Below, one piece after another: positions 49,560 through 59,906 of a stretch of DNA of 64,000 nucleotides. The translations under genes and the position numbers were made by a program. Each line of letters begins with the position of its first letter. The stretch's first letter is position 1. Under the pieces are notes generated by a model, which was given only the letters and a program-made list of their open reading frames with translations, searched no databases and was not told where the DNA came from. Source of the DNA: a virus; IMG/VR virus record IMGVR_UViG_3300024996_000004; one strand, 5' to 3'.

Positions 49560-51811
49560 TATGTAGTCCAATATGAATATTTGTAAGGAGTATCTAATCT
49601 AGATAATTCTAGATAATCTGATTCTGTTTTAGCTTCTTCTGAAGTAAGATGCGACAGCATCATAGCTTCATAATGATTAGACATCCATTCCATGTTTTCA
49701 GTGTTTCCGGCAAAATATGATGAAATTAATCTATTAGATGAATCCGTTGATATGCAAATAGTATCATCTGTAAGTTTATTTTTAGTTTGTGACAATATAT
49801 CCATAATATTCTTTATAGGTATCGTATTAAAGTCAACAAATAAATGATATTTAGTATCATATATGTTATTGTTAACTATTTCTTTCATCCACAATAATTT
49901 AACATATTTTGCATAATCGTTAGTAGTTTCTAATCCCATATTATGTGATTCCCGTAATCTACTATCGTAATAATGCTGGTGTGGTTTTACTCTAAAATAT
50001 TGCAAAGACTCGGATTCTGGTAGCATTGTTTTATATTTCTGATAATTATATTGTGGTATAATTAATAATATATTTTTATGAACAGACATAAGTTTCTTTA
50101 TGGATTTAACATCTGCGTCGATATTATCTGCATCATTAAACATCATAATGTTTAATGAATATTGTGATGGTTCACTTTTTTTGTATGTAATAACTTTCTT
50201 TCTAAAAGAATCGTCATAATGTTTCAATATTAATTTACCATTAACATACAATGCATCCAATTCAGTCTGATTAAGGATTTTAAATGCATCTGATAATCTG
50301 GTTAGAATAGGTTTTCCATCTACATTGAATGAAGTGTTCAATATTACACCATGTCCGGTTAACTTATCTACTTCACCTAATAAATCATAGATAAATTTGT
50401 TTTGAGATTCTGTGACAGTTTGTAATCTGGCCGTATTATCTTCATGTGTAATGGCAGGTAACACTTTACGCCATTCTTCTCTAACTTCAGCCACAAACAC
50501 CATATGTCTAGATTCAACATCTTTGTCAAACTTGAAATATTTTGGACAATCTTCTAATCTAACAATAGGTGCGAAGGGTCTATACCATTCACGATGCTTA
50601 ACTTTCTTATTTAAAATATTTTTCATGTCTCCTACAGGATCACATATAATGCTGCGATTACCCAAAGCTCTAGAGCCATGTTCCGAATCACCTTGAATAA
50701 TTCCTATAATTTTTCCTGCAGCAACTAATTCAGCTATTTCAAAAGGTGTTACATTTTCATGCATAACTAAATGATGTTCTTGTAATAATGTTCCCATTTG
50801 ATTTTCATCTAATAAAGGAGTGCCGGAATAAGTTAAATCAATTTGAGTTTGAGGATTCATATACCATAAAATTCCGCCTACTGCTATGCCACAATCATTA
50901 ACGTTCGGTGGAACAAATACTTTATTGTCTCTCATTTTAAGCAACTTAGCATTCAATAATACATTGAGCGCACAGCCTCCTGTAAGCGCTACAGGCATTT
51001 GTGGATACTTATTTAAGTAAGACTGTGCATACTTGAAGAATTGTCGTTCAAAGGCTCTCTGTGAGGTCGCAGCGATATCCCATGCTACTTGTCCTTCAAA
51101 CCGTGTACTAGTCACATCAAAATTTTTTATTCCAATATTGTTAAACAATTGAATCAATGCTTCATTCTTTACTTCTGCACCACCAAGGTAAGATCGACCA
51201 GTATAGTTAAATTTCTCATAGAACTTTTCAAAATGAGGCAACCATTGATCATTGCATACGCCATAGCTGGTTATTCCCATTAATTTACCGCTCCACACCA
51301 AGTTTCCTATGTTTAATGGGTCTTTTTTAATATCAGCCAAATAATCGCCAAAAATCATATAGGCGAATCCTAAATCTTGTCCAAACTTTTCTAAGAGTTT
51401 AATGCCATCTTTACGATTAGCTAGATAAACGTTGAAAAACCCACCATCACCACCACCATCCCAAGAAAATATTAAAGCTTCTTGATATGGCGATTGATAA
51501 AATGCTGTTGCGGCATGTGCTGTATGATGATCAAAATGTTTGTGTTCTTTGTATTTGAATTTGGGAACAATGTCTTTAACATAATCAGTTAAATATACAT
51601 CCACTTCTTTTTTATCTACAGTGGATAATAAGTAATCAGTAATTTCATCGAATACTACTTGTGGATATTTACAAGGAAGATAATTAGTTAATCCTATATT
51701 TTTAGAATTTAACCATCGTTCGAGTTCGATATTTTTCCATACACCTTTGTAATGCATAGAAATACACGCATTGTGACTACCATAAGCGGAAATAATTAGT
51801 TTATCATGCAT
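49559..51811 (-). CDS. NodU/CmcH carbamoyltransferase fused to degenerate HtrL-like domain
   Basis: HHTAHA, DGGGD, GKLMG, GGCALN, RALGNRS, KHREWYRPFAP, LNTSFN; C-terminal K..W...YHLFVDF. Confidence 0.92.
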   Translation of the reverse strand: MHDKLIISAYGSHNACISMHYKGVWKNIELERWLNSKNIGLTNYLPCKYPQVVFDEITDYLLSTVDKKEVDVYLTDYVKDIVPKFKYKEHKHFDHHTAHAATAFYQSPYQEALIFSWDGGGDGGFFNVYLANRKDGIKLLEKFGQDLGFAYMIFGDYLADIKKDPLNIGNLVWSGKLMGITSYGVCNDQWLPHFEKFYEKFNYTGRSYLGGAEVKNEALIQLFNNIGIKNFDVTSTRFEGQVAWDIAATSQRAFERQFFKYAQSYLNKYPQMPVALTGGCALNVLLNAKLLKMRDNKVFVPPNVNDCGIAVGGILWYMNPQTQIDLTYSGTPLLDENQMGTLLQEHHLVMHENVTPFEIAELVAAGKIIGIIQGDSEHGSRALGNRSIICDPVGDMKNILNKKVKHREWYRPFAPIVRLEDCPKYFKFDKDVESRHMVFVAEVREEWRKVLPAITHEDNTARLQTVTESQNKFIYDLLGEVDKLTGHGVILNTSFNVDGKPILTRLSDAFKILNQTELDALYVNGKLILKHYDDSFRKKVITYKKSEPSQYSLNIMMFNDADNIDADVKSIKKLMSVHKNILLIIPQYNYQKYKTMLPESESLQYFRVKPHQHYYDSRLRESHNMGLETTNDYAKYVKLLWMKEIVNNNIYDTKYHLFVDFNTIPIKNIMDILSQTKNKLTDDTICISTDSSNRLISSYFAGNTENMEWMSNHYEAMMLSHLTSEEAKTESDYLELSRLDTPYKYSYWTT

Positions 51812-51832
51812 AGTGTTTGATTTTATTTACTA

Positions 51833-52207
51833 CTATTTATGGCTAATTTTTTCAATTAAATCATAGATATTTGATTCGTTTTGGGAATCTTTTAATCCAC
51901 GTTCATAGCCTGTTTCTTCTGCAATCTTTAGCTGTTCAACATGTTTGCTGTGCATTTTATCTATTGTTTGATGTAATTTAGCATTTTCGTCTATACAGTG
52001 TGCAAGTTGTGTTTCAACTTTACGTAATGACATTAATAAACCACGTTCTTCACCTAATTGTACGCGCTCTATGCAACCCGGTACAGCATCCGGTTTTGCT
52101 CCAAAATGATCGCGCGCATGTCCTATTGTAGTAAATGTTTCGCCACAATGAAAGCATGTCCATCCATGTTCAGGCTTTTCATAGGTATCACTATTATGTG
52201 ATGTCAT
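51833..52207 (-). CDS. Zinc-finger + coiled-coil protein
   Basis: WTCFHCGETF...H. Confidence 0.75.
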   Translation of the reverse strand: MTSHNSDTYEKPEHGWTCFHCGETFTTIGHARDHFGAKPDAVPGCIERVQLGEERGLLMSLRKVETQLAHCIDENAKLHQTIDKMHSKHVEQLKIAEETGYERGLKDSQNESNIYDLIEKISHK

Positions 52208-52644
52208 GTCCACAAATATTGTCTATATCTAATAATATTCAACAAATGTTCCGTATCCTTTTCATAAACATCAAGAACCCGTGCATAATTTTCAATATCA
52301 TTGCGAATTTTTGCCCAATCATAAGCTTTTTTCATCGTATCATAGATGTGTTTATGATGTGCTCTTTCTTCAATTGTATCATCTAATGATCTAATTTGAT
52401 CGCGCACTAAATCATCATAAACTTCATAACTATAGCGCAATGATGCTTCACCATCATCATTTTCCCAAAAATTAATCAAGCATTCGAATGTTAAATCTGC
52501 AATTAGATAATCAATATCACAAAAACTTTTAGGAATTGTATCAGTAAGCCATTTTTGACGTGGACGAAACTGTATAGATATTCCATATCTAAGTTTTGAC
52601 CACCAATATTTGTTAAATATAAACCAATTATTAAATTCTTTCAT
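52204..52644 (-). CDS. Hypothetical protein
   Basis: ORF coupled to next gene. Confidence 0.75.
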   Translation of the reverse strand: MKEFNNWFIFNKYWWSKLRYGISIQFRPRQKWLTDTIPKSFCDIDYLIADLTFECLINFWENDDGEASLRYSYEVYDDLVRDQIRSLDDTIEERAHHKHIYDTMKKAYDWAKIRNDIENYARVLDVYEKDTEHLLNIIRYRQYLWT

Positions 52645-52673
52645 TTCGTGATTCCAGTTTAATCACCCCTGAT

Positions 52674-54446
52674 TCAATCGTTTTTAATAAATTTTATTTT
52701 TCCAGCATCGTATATTTTTAAAAATCCATGACGATGCATATTTTTCGTTTCTGATAATGATGGATCATAATTTTCTAATTTACTTTTCATTCCAACATGT
52801 CTAAATCCAAATTTATGATATCTTCTTCCACTCTTAATCCAATAATAATCTGGATCAAGATTTTTGTCAACTATGAAGCCGTTTTTGTGATATAAATCAC
52901 CATTGCTCCATCTTAAGTCTGCAAAAGTTATAATTTTAGGATGATTCCATTCATTTTCAAAATGTTTTAATAATTTTGAAAATCCTCCAACAACATGACA
53001 TGATGTTGCATATCTATTCAACGTAAATGACTCATCATTATTGTTGATGAATCCTATAACAGCGATTAATTCATTATCATATATTAATCCGTAATTAATA
53101 GAGCTTGGACCATCACCTTGGATATGATGCCTGTCAAGAAAACCTTTTTTAATAGAAGAATCAATTTCTACAATTGTAGTTTTTCTAGCATGCACTTTAT
53201 TCATATTAGAAACGTTCAAAGCATATAACAATTTTTGTTCAACCAATTCTCTTTTATCTGTCCATTCATCTTCAAAAATTTGGATTAATTGAATTCCTTT
53301 CTCTTTACATTTTAAATATTTTTCATGATGATAGTTATCAGGTTTTTGAGCTTCAGAATGCCAATATAATCCATTAAATTCTATAGCAATCTGTTTAGAT
53401 GGGATATAAATATCAAGTTCGCTTGGGGAGATTATGACTTTCGTATTTGTCAATACTTCATCATCAAAATAAGTTTTTATAAATGCTGCAACCTCTTTTT
53501 CTGGGCCTGATGCATAATAATATCTGTGTTCGATGTCATAAAATTCCATTCGTGAACTAACAGTCCCATCACATACATTTAATAATTTTGCTATAGATGC
53601 CATCGACATTTGTTCATCGTGATGTTTTTGAATCAACCAATCTTTATCGTTTAATAATTTCATGGTTTCATCACTAATATGGCTATTCATATGATACTCA
53701 TAACCATATCTTTCTAGATTAGTTTGTCTGGCTTGCTCCACAAATCCATCAATTTCTGTGGCAAATTTAACTCCATATTTTTCAAGATTTGTGTCAATCA
53801 TCTTTTGTAAGATATCAGGATTTTGTGCAGGACGCTCCACACCATAACGTTTTAAATTAGTTTCTTTAATTTTTTCTTTAAATTCTTCGTATTGAAATGG
53901 ATTGTCTACGTTGTAACGCTCAAGGAATGTTTCGTGACGTTTTTCTTTAATAATATCGGAATGTGATGGATTTTCCACGCCATACTTTTCTAACATGGTT
54001 TCCTTGGCTTTAGCTGCAACATCCTCATTTTTTAATGAAAAATGATTACCATATCTTTCGATATTAGTTTCTTGAGCTTTTTTTAAAATATCGGGATTAC
54101 GTAAGGGAACTTCTGCTCCGAATCGCAAAATATTTGTTTGTTTACGTTTTTCTTTAGAACTATCACTAGATTTTGCACACTTTAAACAATATTCGGTATA
54201 TCGATCATTTTTGTGATTATCCCATCGACAATTTTTCCCACACATTCCGCATGTGGGAATTGTTGTTATATTGTTCAATATATGCCATGCTCTAGTCTGT
54301 AATCTTACAGTATCAGGGAGATAATCAGTTAATGTTAATATAGTTTCATACGCTGACATATGTTCTAATTTCTTTGAGCGAGATATGCCATACGTCCATT
54401 TTGGATACTTATTCCAATAGTTTTTTAATTCATCTACAGTTAACAT
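52674..54446 (-). CDS. hef: Hef-like homing endonuclease
   Basis: TNLERYGV repeats; ELDIYIP...AIEFNGLYWH; IFEDEW; ARK, HIQG, FADLRWS, IYDAG. Confidence 0.8.
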   Translation of the reverse strand: MLTVDELKNYWNKYPKWTYGISRSKKLEHMSAYETILTLTDYLPDTVRLQTRAWHILNNITTIPTCGMCGKNCRWDNHKNDRYTEYCLKCAKSSDSSKEKRKQTNILRFGAEVPLRNPDILKKAQETNIERYGNHFSLKNEDVAAKAKETMLEKYGVENPSHSDIIKEKRHETFLERYNVDNPFQYEEFKEKIKETNLKRYGVERPAQNPDILQKMIDTNLEKYGVKFATEIDGFVEQARQTNLERYGYEYHMNSHISDETMKLLNDKDWLIQKHHDEQMSMASIAKLLNVCDGTVSSRMEFYDIEHRYYYASGPEKEVAAFIKTYFDDEVLTNTKVIISPSELDIYIPSKQIAIEFNGLYWHSEAQKPDNYHHEKYLKCKEKGIQLIQIFEDEWTDKRELVEQKLLYALNVSNMNKVHARKTTIVEIDSSIKKGFLDRHHIQGDGPSSINYGLIYDNELIAVIGFINNNDESFTLNRYATSCHVVGGFSKLLKHFENEWNHPKIITFADLRWSNGDLYHKNGFIVDKNLDPDYYWIKSGRRYHKFGFRHVGMKSKLENYDPSLSETKNMHRHGFLKIYDAGKIKFIKND

Positions 54447-54509
54447 GTCCAAAAAATTCCTATAATTCTGGACATGTTAACTTAACAACATTGAAAAGTA
54501 AAGACTTTA

Positions 54510-55952
54510 TTAACTATCTGCGTAACGAACGATCCTATTCAACCATCCCTTGGATTTGCTGTGAGGCCACATAACATAAGTTTTTGCAGTTTTATCGGGT
54601 TCAGAAAAATATATGAATCTATAATCGATCCAATCACCTTTACTTAAATAATCGAATAGTTCTTGTTCGGATAAATCTTTACGGTGAATTTCTTTATCAT
54701 TTTCATCATGTGCACCAACGTAGCAAAAATCGAAATCTAAATCGGGATATGGTTCGTCAATATCAGTTTCTGGATTATGCCATGTAATATCGTTTTTATT
54801 GATGCACACTCTTATATCATTAGATTTAGTAATGGTTGCTTTCCATTCTTCTTCAGAATCATAATGTTTATAACCTGATAATTGTGGTTCAGTTCTATCT
54901 AATACACATTGTTGCACACCACGATATTTGAATGATACACCAGAAAATTCTTCAAAATCTTTTACAGTTCTAACAGTGCCGAAGCCATACTTACCAAAGT
55001 CTATTTGAGATTGATCTTCCCCATCCATACCAAATAGTATTCGATTGCGCTTGTGAGATTTTACATTCATTTCCCACCAATCTTCAGTAATCTTGCCTTT
55101 CTGTTTTTGCTGTGATGTAAAATCATCCCATACTTTAGTGCGTCCTGCTCTAGTAAATTCATGCCAACATATAACAATATTTGGATGATACATGTCATAA
55201 CCATGTGTATAAGCTCTTACGCCTATAGATACTTCTTCACCGTGGAAAAATAGATTTGGATCATGTTGAACTTCTGTTGCAAAAGTGCCATCAGCAAACG
55301 CAAAGTGTGCTGAATAAAATCTGGCATGCATAGGCTTGGTTCTACTTTTCCAATCATCAATTGTACTGGGGCGAGTAAAATGTGTCCCCTCAGGAATGAA
55401 GCGATCGAAGTCCATCTTCCATGGTTCTTTCACTCTTTCAGCAGGATCATTCATAGGATTAAAAGAAGGTACATAAGTCGTCAATAGAGGTTTCGGACTT
55501 ATGTCTCTTACAGATTCCAATTGTTCGATTAATAGCAAATCAAAATTATCTACGAATCTATGATGGGAATCTAATTGTAATGTATATTTTTCATTGTTGT
55601 AATGTTGTTGAATCTTATTTCTGGCCCAACAAGCACCTTTAGTCTTTAGATAATGAATATCTATTAGCTCTACTGTAGCACCATTCTTTTTGAGAACATG
55701 TACAGAATCGCCAAGCCTGTTTAAAGTTGCATCTACTTCAAATCCATTATCTAGAAAATCTTCAATGGTTTCATCCATTGCATGTTGCCAGCATACAACA
55801 ACACGGAGTAATTCAGGATGTTTAGCATGGTTAATCATGTCTACTAAAGTAGGAATTAACTGTGGATCACGATAACTAGCCATTTGTACAAATATGGTGT
55901 TCAGTGTTGAAATTTTTTCTTCTTTATTGTTTTCTTTATTATTTTTCTTCAT
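54510..55952 (-). CDS. Gnt1/GT60-like polypeptide N-acetylglucosaminyltransferase
   Basis: TIFVQMASYRDP, GACWAR, LQLDSHHRF (DSH), LLTTY, FYSAHFAF, DP.LFFHGEE...RAYTHGYDMYHP. Confidence 0.88.
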   Translation of the reverse strand: MKKNNKENNKEEKISTLNTIFVQMASYRDPQLIPTLVDMINHAKHPELLRVVVCWQHAMDETIEDFLDNGFEVDATLNRLGDSVHVLKKNGATVELIDIHYLKTKGACWARNKIQQHYNNEKYTLQLDSHHRFVDNFDLLLIEQLESVRDISPKPLLTTYVPSFNPMNDPAERVKEPWKMDFDRFIPEGTHFTRPSTIDDWKSRTKPMHARFYSAHFAFADGTFATEVQHDPNLFFHGEEVSIGVRAYTHGYDMYHPNIVICWHEFTRAGRTKVWDDFTSQQKQKGKITEDWWEMNVKSHKRNRILFGMDGEDQSQIDFGKYGFGTVRTVKDFEEFSGVSFKYRGVQQCVLDRTEPQLSGYKHYDSEEEWKATITKSNDIRVCINKNDITWHNPETDIDEPYPDLDFDFCYVGAHDENDKEIHRKDLSEQELFDYLSKGDWIDYRFIYFSEPDKTAKTYVMWPHSKSKGWLNRIVRYADS

Positions 55953-55981
55953 TTTATCCTCTATATTCAAATGTAAAAAAT

Positions 55982-56008
55982 GAAGGGAGTTAAATCCTAA
56001 CTCCCTTC
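55982..56008 (-). terminator. Intrinsic terminator
   Basis: GAAGGGAGTTA-loop-TAACTCCCTTC with A-run on left. Confidence 0.8.
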
Positions 56009-56030
56009 CATGTGAAGCACTGGTATTCTA

Positions 56031-56489
56031 TTAAGACTTATTCGCCTTGGGTGGACGGCCAGCCTTTCTAGGAGCTTCTTGATGTTGTAATGGAGTATCA
56101 ATTGTTTGCTGTTGTTGAGCATGTTTAGCAGCATCAGCAAATGATTGAGCATTAAGAAGCTTTGGTGCACCGCCAGCAGCACCGGCACGGCGCAAGTTAG
56201 GTGTCATAATTTCACCAGAACGAGTCTTTACTTTAACGAATTGATGGAAATATTCGAGAGCATTTACACCATTAGCAAGCGTTATTTGACCAAACAAATC
56301 CCATGCTTCATAGCGGGCTGCATCTCTGCGTGACAAAATCATTCCAACGCGCTGATAATCGATTTGATCAAGATAATCGGTGCGGATGAAATAGATGTCT
56401 CCATTAGCTTTATCAACTTTCATGATAACAACTTCATAGACGACACCATTGTTAAATAGGTCTAAAACGGATACGTGTGGAATACTCAT
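56031..56489 (-). CDS. Conserved hypothetical protein
   Basis: AAGGAG RBS; basic GRPPK tail. Confidence 0.8.
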   Translation of the reverse strand: MSIPHVSVLDLFNNGVVYEVVIMKVDKANGDIYFIRTDYLDQIDYQRVGMILSRRDAARYEAWDLFGQITLANGVNALEYFHQFVKVKTRSGEIMTPNLRRAGAAGGAPKLLNAQSFADAAKHAQQQQTIDTPLQHQEAPRKAGRPPKANKS

Positions 56490-56565
56490 AGACTATCTCC
56501 TTAAATTAAAAATGTTAGTCGTAATTATTTATGACCCTCAAAAAAGCGTGTCTCGTGGAGATAGA

Positions 56566-57393
56566 TCACAGATTATATCTGTGCATATTCATATCAAAAT
56601 TGTAATAAACCTCATTAATATTAGGTATAATAAATGCACCATTAATATCGTAAAATTTTTGAAAAACTATACTTAATTTATTACCCCAATCGTAAGCACT
56701 GTCAAAAATATATGCTCTTAACACATAAATGTTATCTTCTTTAATTTTATTTTTTATATCTTCGTCAAATCCTCTGAAGACTTTAAATAAGTATACATTA
56801 TTGGGATATTCTTTAGTCTGAGTTATAATCAAAACAGTTGATTGCTTGCGGATAGCTTCTATTTGATCCGTCAAGGATGTTGAACCCAGCCAATCTCTCC
56901 ATGAATACCATTGTCCGCCACGCATTAATTTTCGTTTTCCTTTAGCGGAACGTCCATAAGCGAAATCGGGTCTAGCTGGAATATCTTTTGGACGTTTCCC
57001 AGATCGACAATATTCTTGCCAATCTGTTTGTGTTGATAATCTTAATGATCGTGCAAAATTTCTAGCATCTTCAAAGCTTCTAAATTTCTGTGGTATATGC
57101 GGAAATATGTTCCATATTCCCAAGAAATCGCCCCATTTTGTCCATTCTTTTTTATAAGCTCTATCGGGACGTTTTGGGAGTCTAGCCGGTCTGTTATCCA
57201 TCCACCATTGTATATACTGGTCGCGAGATTGTAAATTTTCTTTCTTTACAACTTCTTTTGCTTCTTCATAGGAAACACATATACGAGGTCTTCCAAGTTG
57301 TCCATGATTAATCGTTTTCTTTTTAACAGGTGAAGAACGTTTAAGTTTTTTTAATGTTCTCTTTTTCTTTTTGGATAGTAACTCTTCTGTCAT
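56566..57393 (-). CDS. Integrase-repeat-containing DNA-binding protein
   Basis: Two S(Y/F)E.A.....L.....W....P..P...W..W.D.LG units. Confidence 0.75.
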   Translation of the reverse strand: MTEELLSKKKKRTLKKLKRSSPVKKKTINHGQLGRPRICVSYEEAKEVVKKENLQSRDQYIQWWMDNRPARLPKRPDRAYKKEWTKWGDFLGIWNIFPHIPQKFRSFEDARNFARSLRLSTQTDWQEYCRSGKRPKDIPARPDFAYGRSAKGKRKLMRGGQWYSWRDWLGSTSLTDQIEAIRKQSTVLIITQTKEYPNNVYLFKVFRGFDEDIKNKIKEDNIYVLRAYIFDSAYDWGNKLSIVFQKFYDINGAFIIPNINEVYYNFDMNMHRYNL

Positions 57394-57434
57394 TTTAAGC
57401 TCATTTTATAAATATATAATAACAATTTAATTCT

Positions 57435-57875
57435 ATGAACAAATTATCAAAATTTCGTAAAATGTCATTAGTATTGGCAGAAACTGTAGATGCTTGGCGG
57501 ATTATTCCACGAGTCATGCTATTAGCTTATGGTGCATTAGTAATGAATATGTATATGTGGTATAAATCTATACCAACATTTATACAAGAGAAATGCGATG
57601 CTGCCGTTTTACAGTTATTTATACAAGGTGGAATGGCTCTGCAACAGGCTCAATCACTAGCGTGTACAGTAGTTGATGTGGTAGGTGGTCCTACTGCAGC
57701 ACAATCTACATTTATAACCACCATAATTGGTTTATCTGCTGGAATCTTCGGATTATATACTGCTACTGGGAAACGTTGGGAAACTTTTGATTATTCTCAA
57801 AGAAATTTTGATGATAATATCCCACAGTACACGCCACCAACGACGCCACCAGCAACAACATCATCATCCAAATAA
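57435..57875 (+). CDS. Two-TM membrane protein (holin-like)
   Basis: DAWRIIPR, two TM helices; TATAAATA at 57407. Confidence 0.65.
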   Translation: MNKLSKFRKMSLVLAETVDAWRIIPRVMLLAYGALVMNMYMWYKSIPTFIQEKCDAAVLQLFIQGGMALQQAQSLACTVVDVVGGPTAAQSTFITTIIGLSAGIFGLYTATGKRWETFDYSQRNFDDNIPQYTPPTTPPATTSSSK

Positions 57876-58823
57876 CGTCACATCTTTTGATTTAGTAGAT
57901 AACATCTTAGTATAAAATTTAGGATTATCACTTATACGTTGTAAATCGTATCGACCACAGAATTTTAGAAACTCTTTAACGTTAAATTTGTTTCTTGATT
58001 TTAAAGCTTTATATATTGTTGTAGCTATTAATGTTTTGATTTCATCGGGTTGACTACGCAAATCAGTAAGCAAGATATTTTCTTTAAATAAATCTTCAGT
58101 CTTATAATGATATGTTTTAACTTTTCCATCAGCATCAATAGTGTCAACATCAAATTCATGTGCCATGATATTAGCTTTAAGAAAAGTATCACCATTATAT
58201 GCTTTATCTATTTTATCTTTCCTTAATCTTGGATAAGCTGAATGTACATTATCACCATTATCACCCCTTAAACATTTTTCAAACATAAAATATTTGGCAT
58301 CCATGTTCCAATCCATTAATGTTCGTTTTTCTTCTTTTGCGGGTTCTATGAGAGTGACATTTGGATTATCTAATAATTGAATAAAATCTTTATCAGAACT
58401 TATAATGATGTGTTTATCATCTTCATGTAAATCAACAAATCCAGCTACTAAATCATCACATTCTAAGAGATTTCGTTTTAATACGATTAGTGAACTATAA
58501 TCTCTCAAGTATTCATAAAATTCACAAATATGCTTATCGAAAACTTCTAATTGTTGTGCTTCTTTAGTAGTTAAATCCTGTCTACGTTGACCTTTATATT
58601 TTTTATGACTTATAGAAGCATATTTCGTATAATCTTTTCGCCATGAATGTGAATCAAATACTGCAACGATTTCATCTGGATTATATTTATTATTAAGATA
58701 TTGCATTGTTGTCAAACCGGAATGATGACACATGCTGATTAATATATCATCATTTTCCTTTATATTCGCATAGAATGTTCGATATAATAGGTTAGACATA
58801 TCTAATAATAAATATGTTTTCAT
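57864..58823 (-). CDS. rnh: T4-type RNase H / 5'-3' exonuclease
   Basis: LLD.SN, FD...WRK, YKGQR, ECDD, SSDKDFIQL, GD.GDN. Confidence 0.92.
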   Translation of the reverse strand: MKTYLLLDMSNLLYRTFYANIKENDDILISMCHHSGLTTMQYLNNKYNPDEIVAVFDSHSWRKDYTKYASISHKKYKGQRRQDLTTKEAQQLEVFDKHICEFYEYLRDYSSLIVLKRNLLECDDLVAGFVDLHEDDKHIIISSDKDFIQLLDNPNVTLIEPAKEEKRTLMDWNMDAKYFMFEKCLRGDNGDNVHSAYPRLRKDKIDKAYNGDTFLKANIMAHEFDVDTIDADGKVKTYHYKTEDLFKENILLTDLRSQPDEIKTLIATTIYKALKSRNKFNVKEFLKFCGRYDLQRISDNPKFYTKMLSTKSKDVTLFG

Positions 58824-58825
58824 GA

Positions 58826-59131
58826 TTATTCTTCATCCTTGGCAGTAGGATCAAATAATGTTTTCATGTAAGCCTTTTCGAATATTTTGTGTAAATATCC
58901 CTCAATAACTTGTTCATCAGTGATTCCTTCATATCCAAACTTACGTAATTCTTTAATAAAAGAATTATTCCAATCCATTTCAAGTTGAATACCGTTTTCT
59001 TTTAAATCTTTACTTTCCATAGTAAAATGTGGTTTTTCAGATGCTTGGATAAATCTATCTTTTTTATATTTTTCAAACTCCATTTTCATTTCTTTTCTGA
59101 GTTTAAAATATTCTTTAATTTTTTTAAACAT
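58826..59131 (-). CDS. Conserved hypothetical protein
   Basis: EMDWN..FI..L...GY.G motif. Confidence 0.75.
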   Translation of the reverse strand: MFKKIKEYFKLRKEMKMEFEKYKKDRFIQASEKPHFTMESKDLKENGIQLEMDWNNSFIKELRKFGYEGITDEQVIEGYLHKIFEKAYMKTLFDPTAKDEE

Positions 59132-59132
59132 A

Positions 59133-59867
59133 TTAATTTTCCGGTAAAATGTAAATATTGAATCCATTGACAGTTACTTTCAATACTCCGCGAGTCGAAA
59201 TGTGTACCGTTAATTGTCCATGCGTATCCATAACAGCTTTAAATAGAGGTAAAATAAATTTTATTTCATATGAAAATAGAAAATGTGGCTTGGGAGCTTC
59301 ATCGGTAATGGAATATTTCTTGGCTATGATATGTTCGAACATATCACCACCAACATCAGCAGTTTTAAATGTAATAGTTCCATCTTTTTCTGAAGAGAAA
59401 GTAATTTTCGTACTATCAATTGCCAATGATGCTTTACTCATTATCTTTAATGTGTCATTTTCAATGTCAAAAGAATAACATACGGGGTCTTTGAAAGATT
59501 TTGGAGCTTTAATTTTTAATGGATCGCTACATGTGAATTCAATTTTTGTTTTATTGCTGCTTAATTGTAATTTAGTGGCAATAATGTCACCATTATCTCG
59601 TTCTTTCGGCGCAAATGACATAATTAATTCAGATGAATCTAAAATATTTATGCGCGTTCCTAACGTTTTAACTCGACCAATGCCCATGCCATTAAATTCA
59701 AATTTTGGAATGGTTTCTGTCTCTAAGAGAAATGTTCCTCTAGAACTGTCAGTTGATTGCCCTCTGATAACATCACTTTGAATAGCAACCGCATCAATTC
59801 CACATAGAGAACATGTTTTGATAAGAGTTTGTAAGAATTCTACAGTATTTTTATTTAATTTTTCCAT
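59133..59867 (-). CDS. 45: Sliding clamp (gp45-like)
   Basis: Size, position beside polymerase, two-domain pattern with C.DP..I..P linker. Confidence 0.65.
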   Translation of the reverse strand: MEKLNKNTVEFLQTLIKTCSLCGIDAVAIQSDVIRGQSTDSSRGTFLLETETIPKFEFNGMGIGRVKTLGTRINILDSSELIMSFAPKERDNGDIIATKLQLSSNKTKIEFTCSDPLKIKAPKSFKDPVCYSFDIENDTLKIMSKASLAIDSTKITFSSEKDGTITFKTADVGGDMFEHIIAKKYSITDEAPKPHFLFSYEIKFILPLFKAVMDTHGQLTVHISTRGVLKVTVNGFNIYILPEN

Positions 59868-59906
59868 TATTATTTCCAATGTTTTTCGAGTCTATCACAT
59901 AACAAC

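Noticed and set aside
46351-55952. Cluster as DNA hypermodification pathway
   Set aside because: Ranked lower rather than excluded: no hydroxymethylase or T4-type DNA glucosyltransferase in the window, and GT60 enzymes are protein-directed
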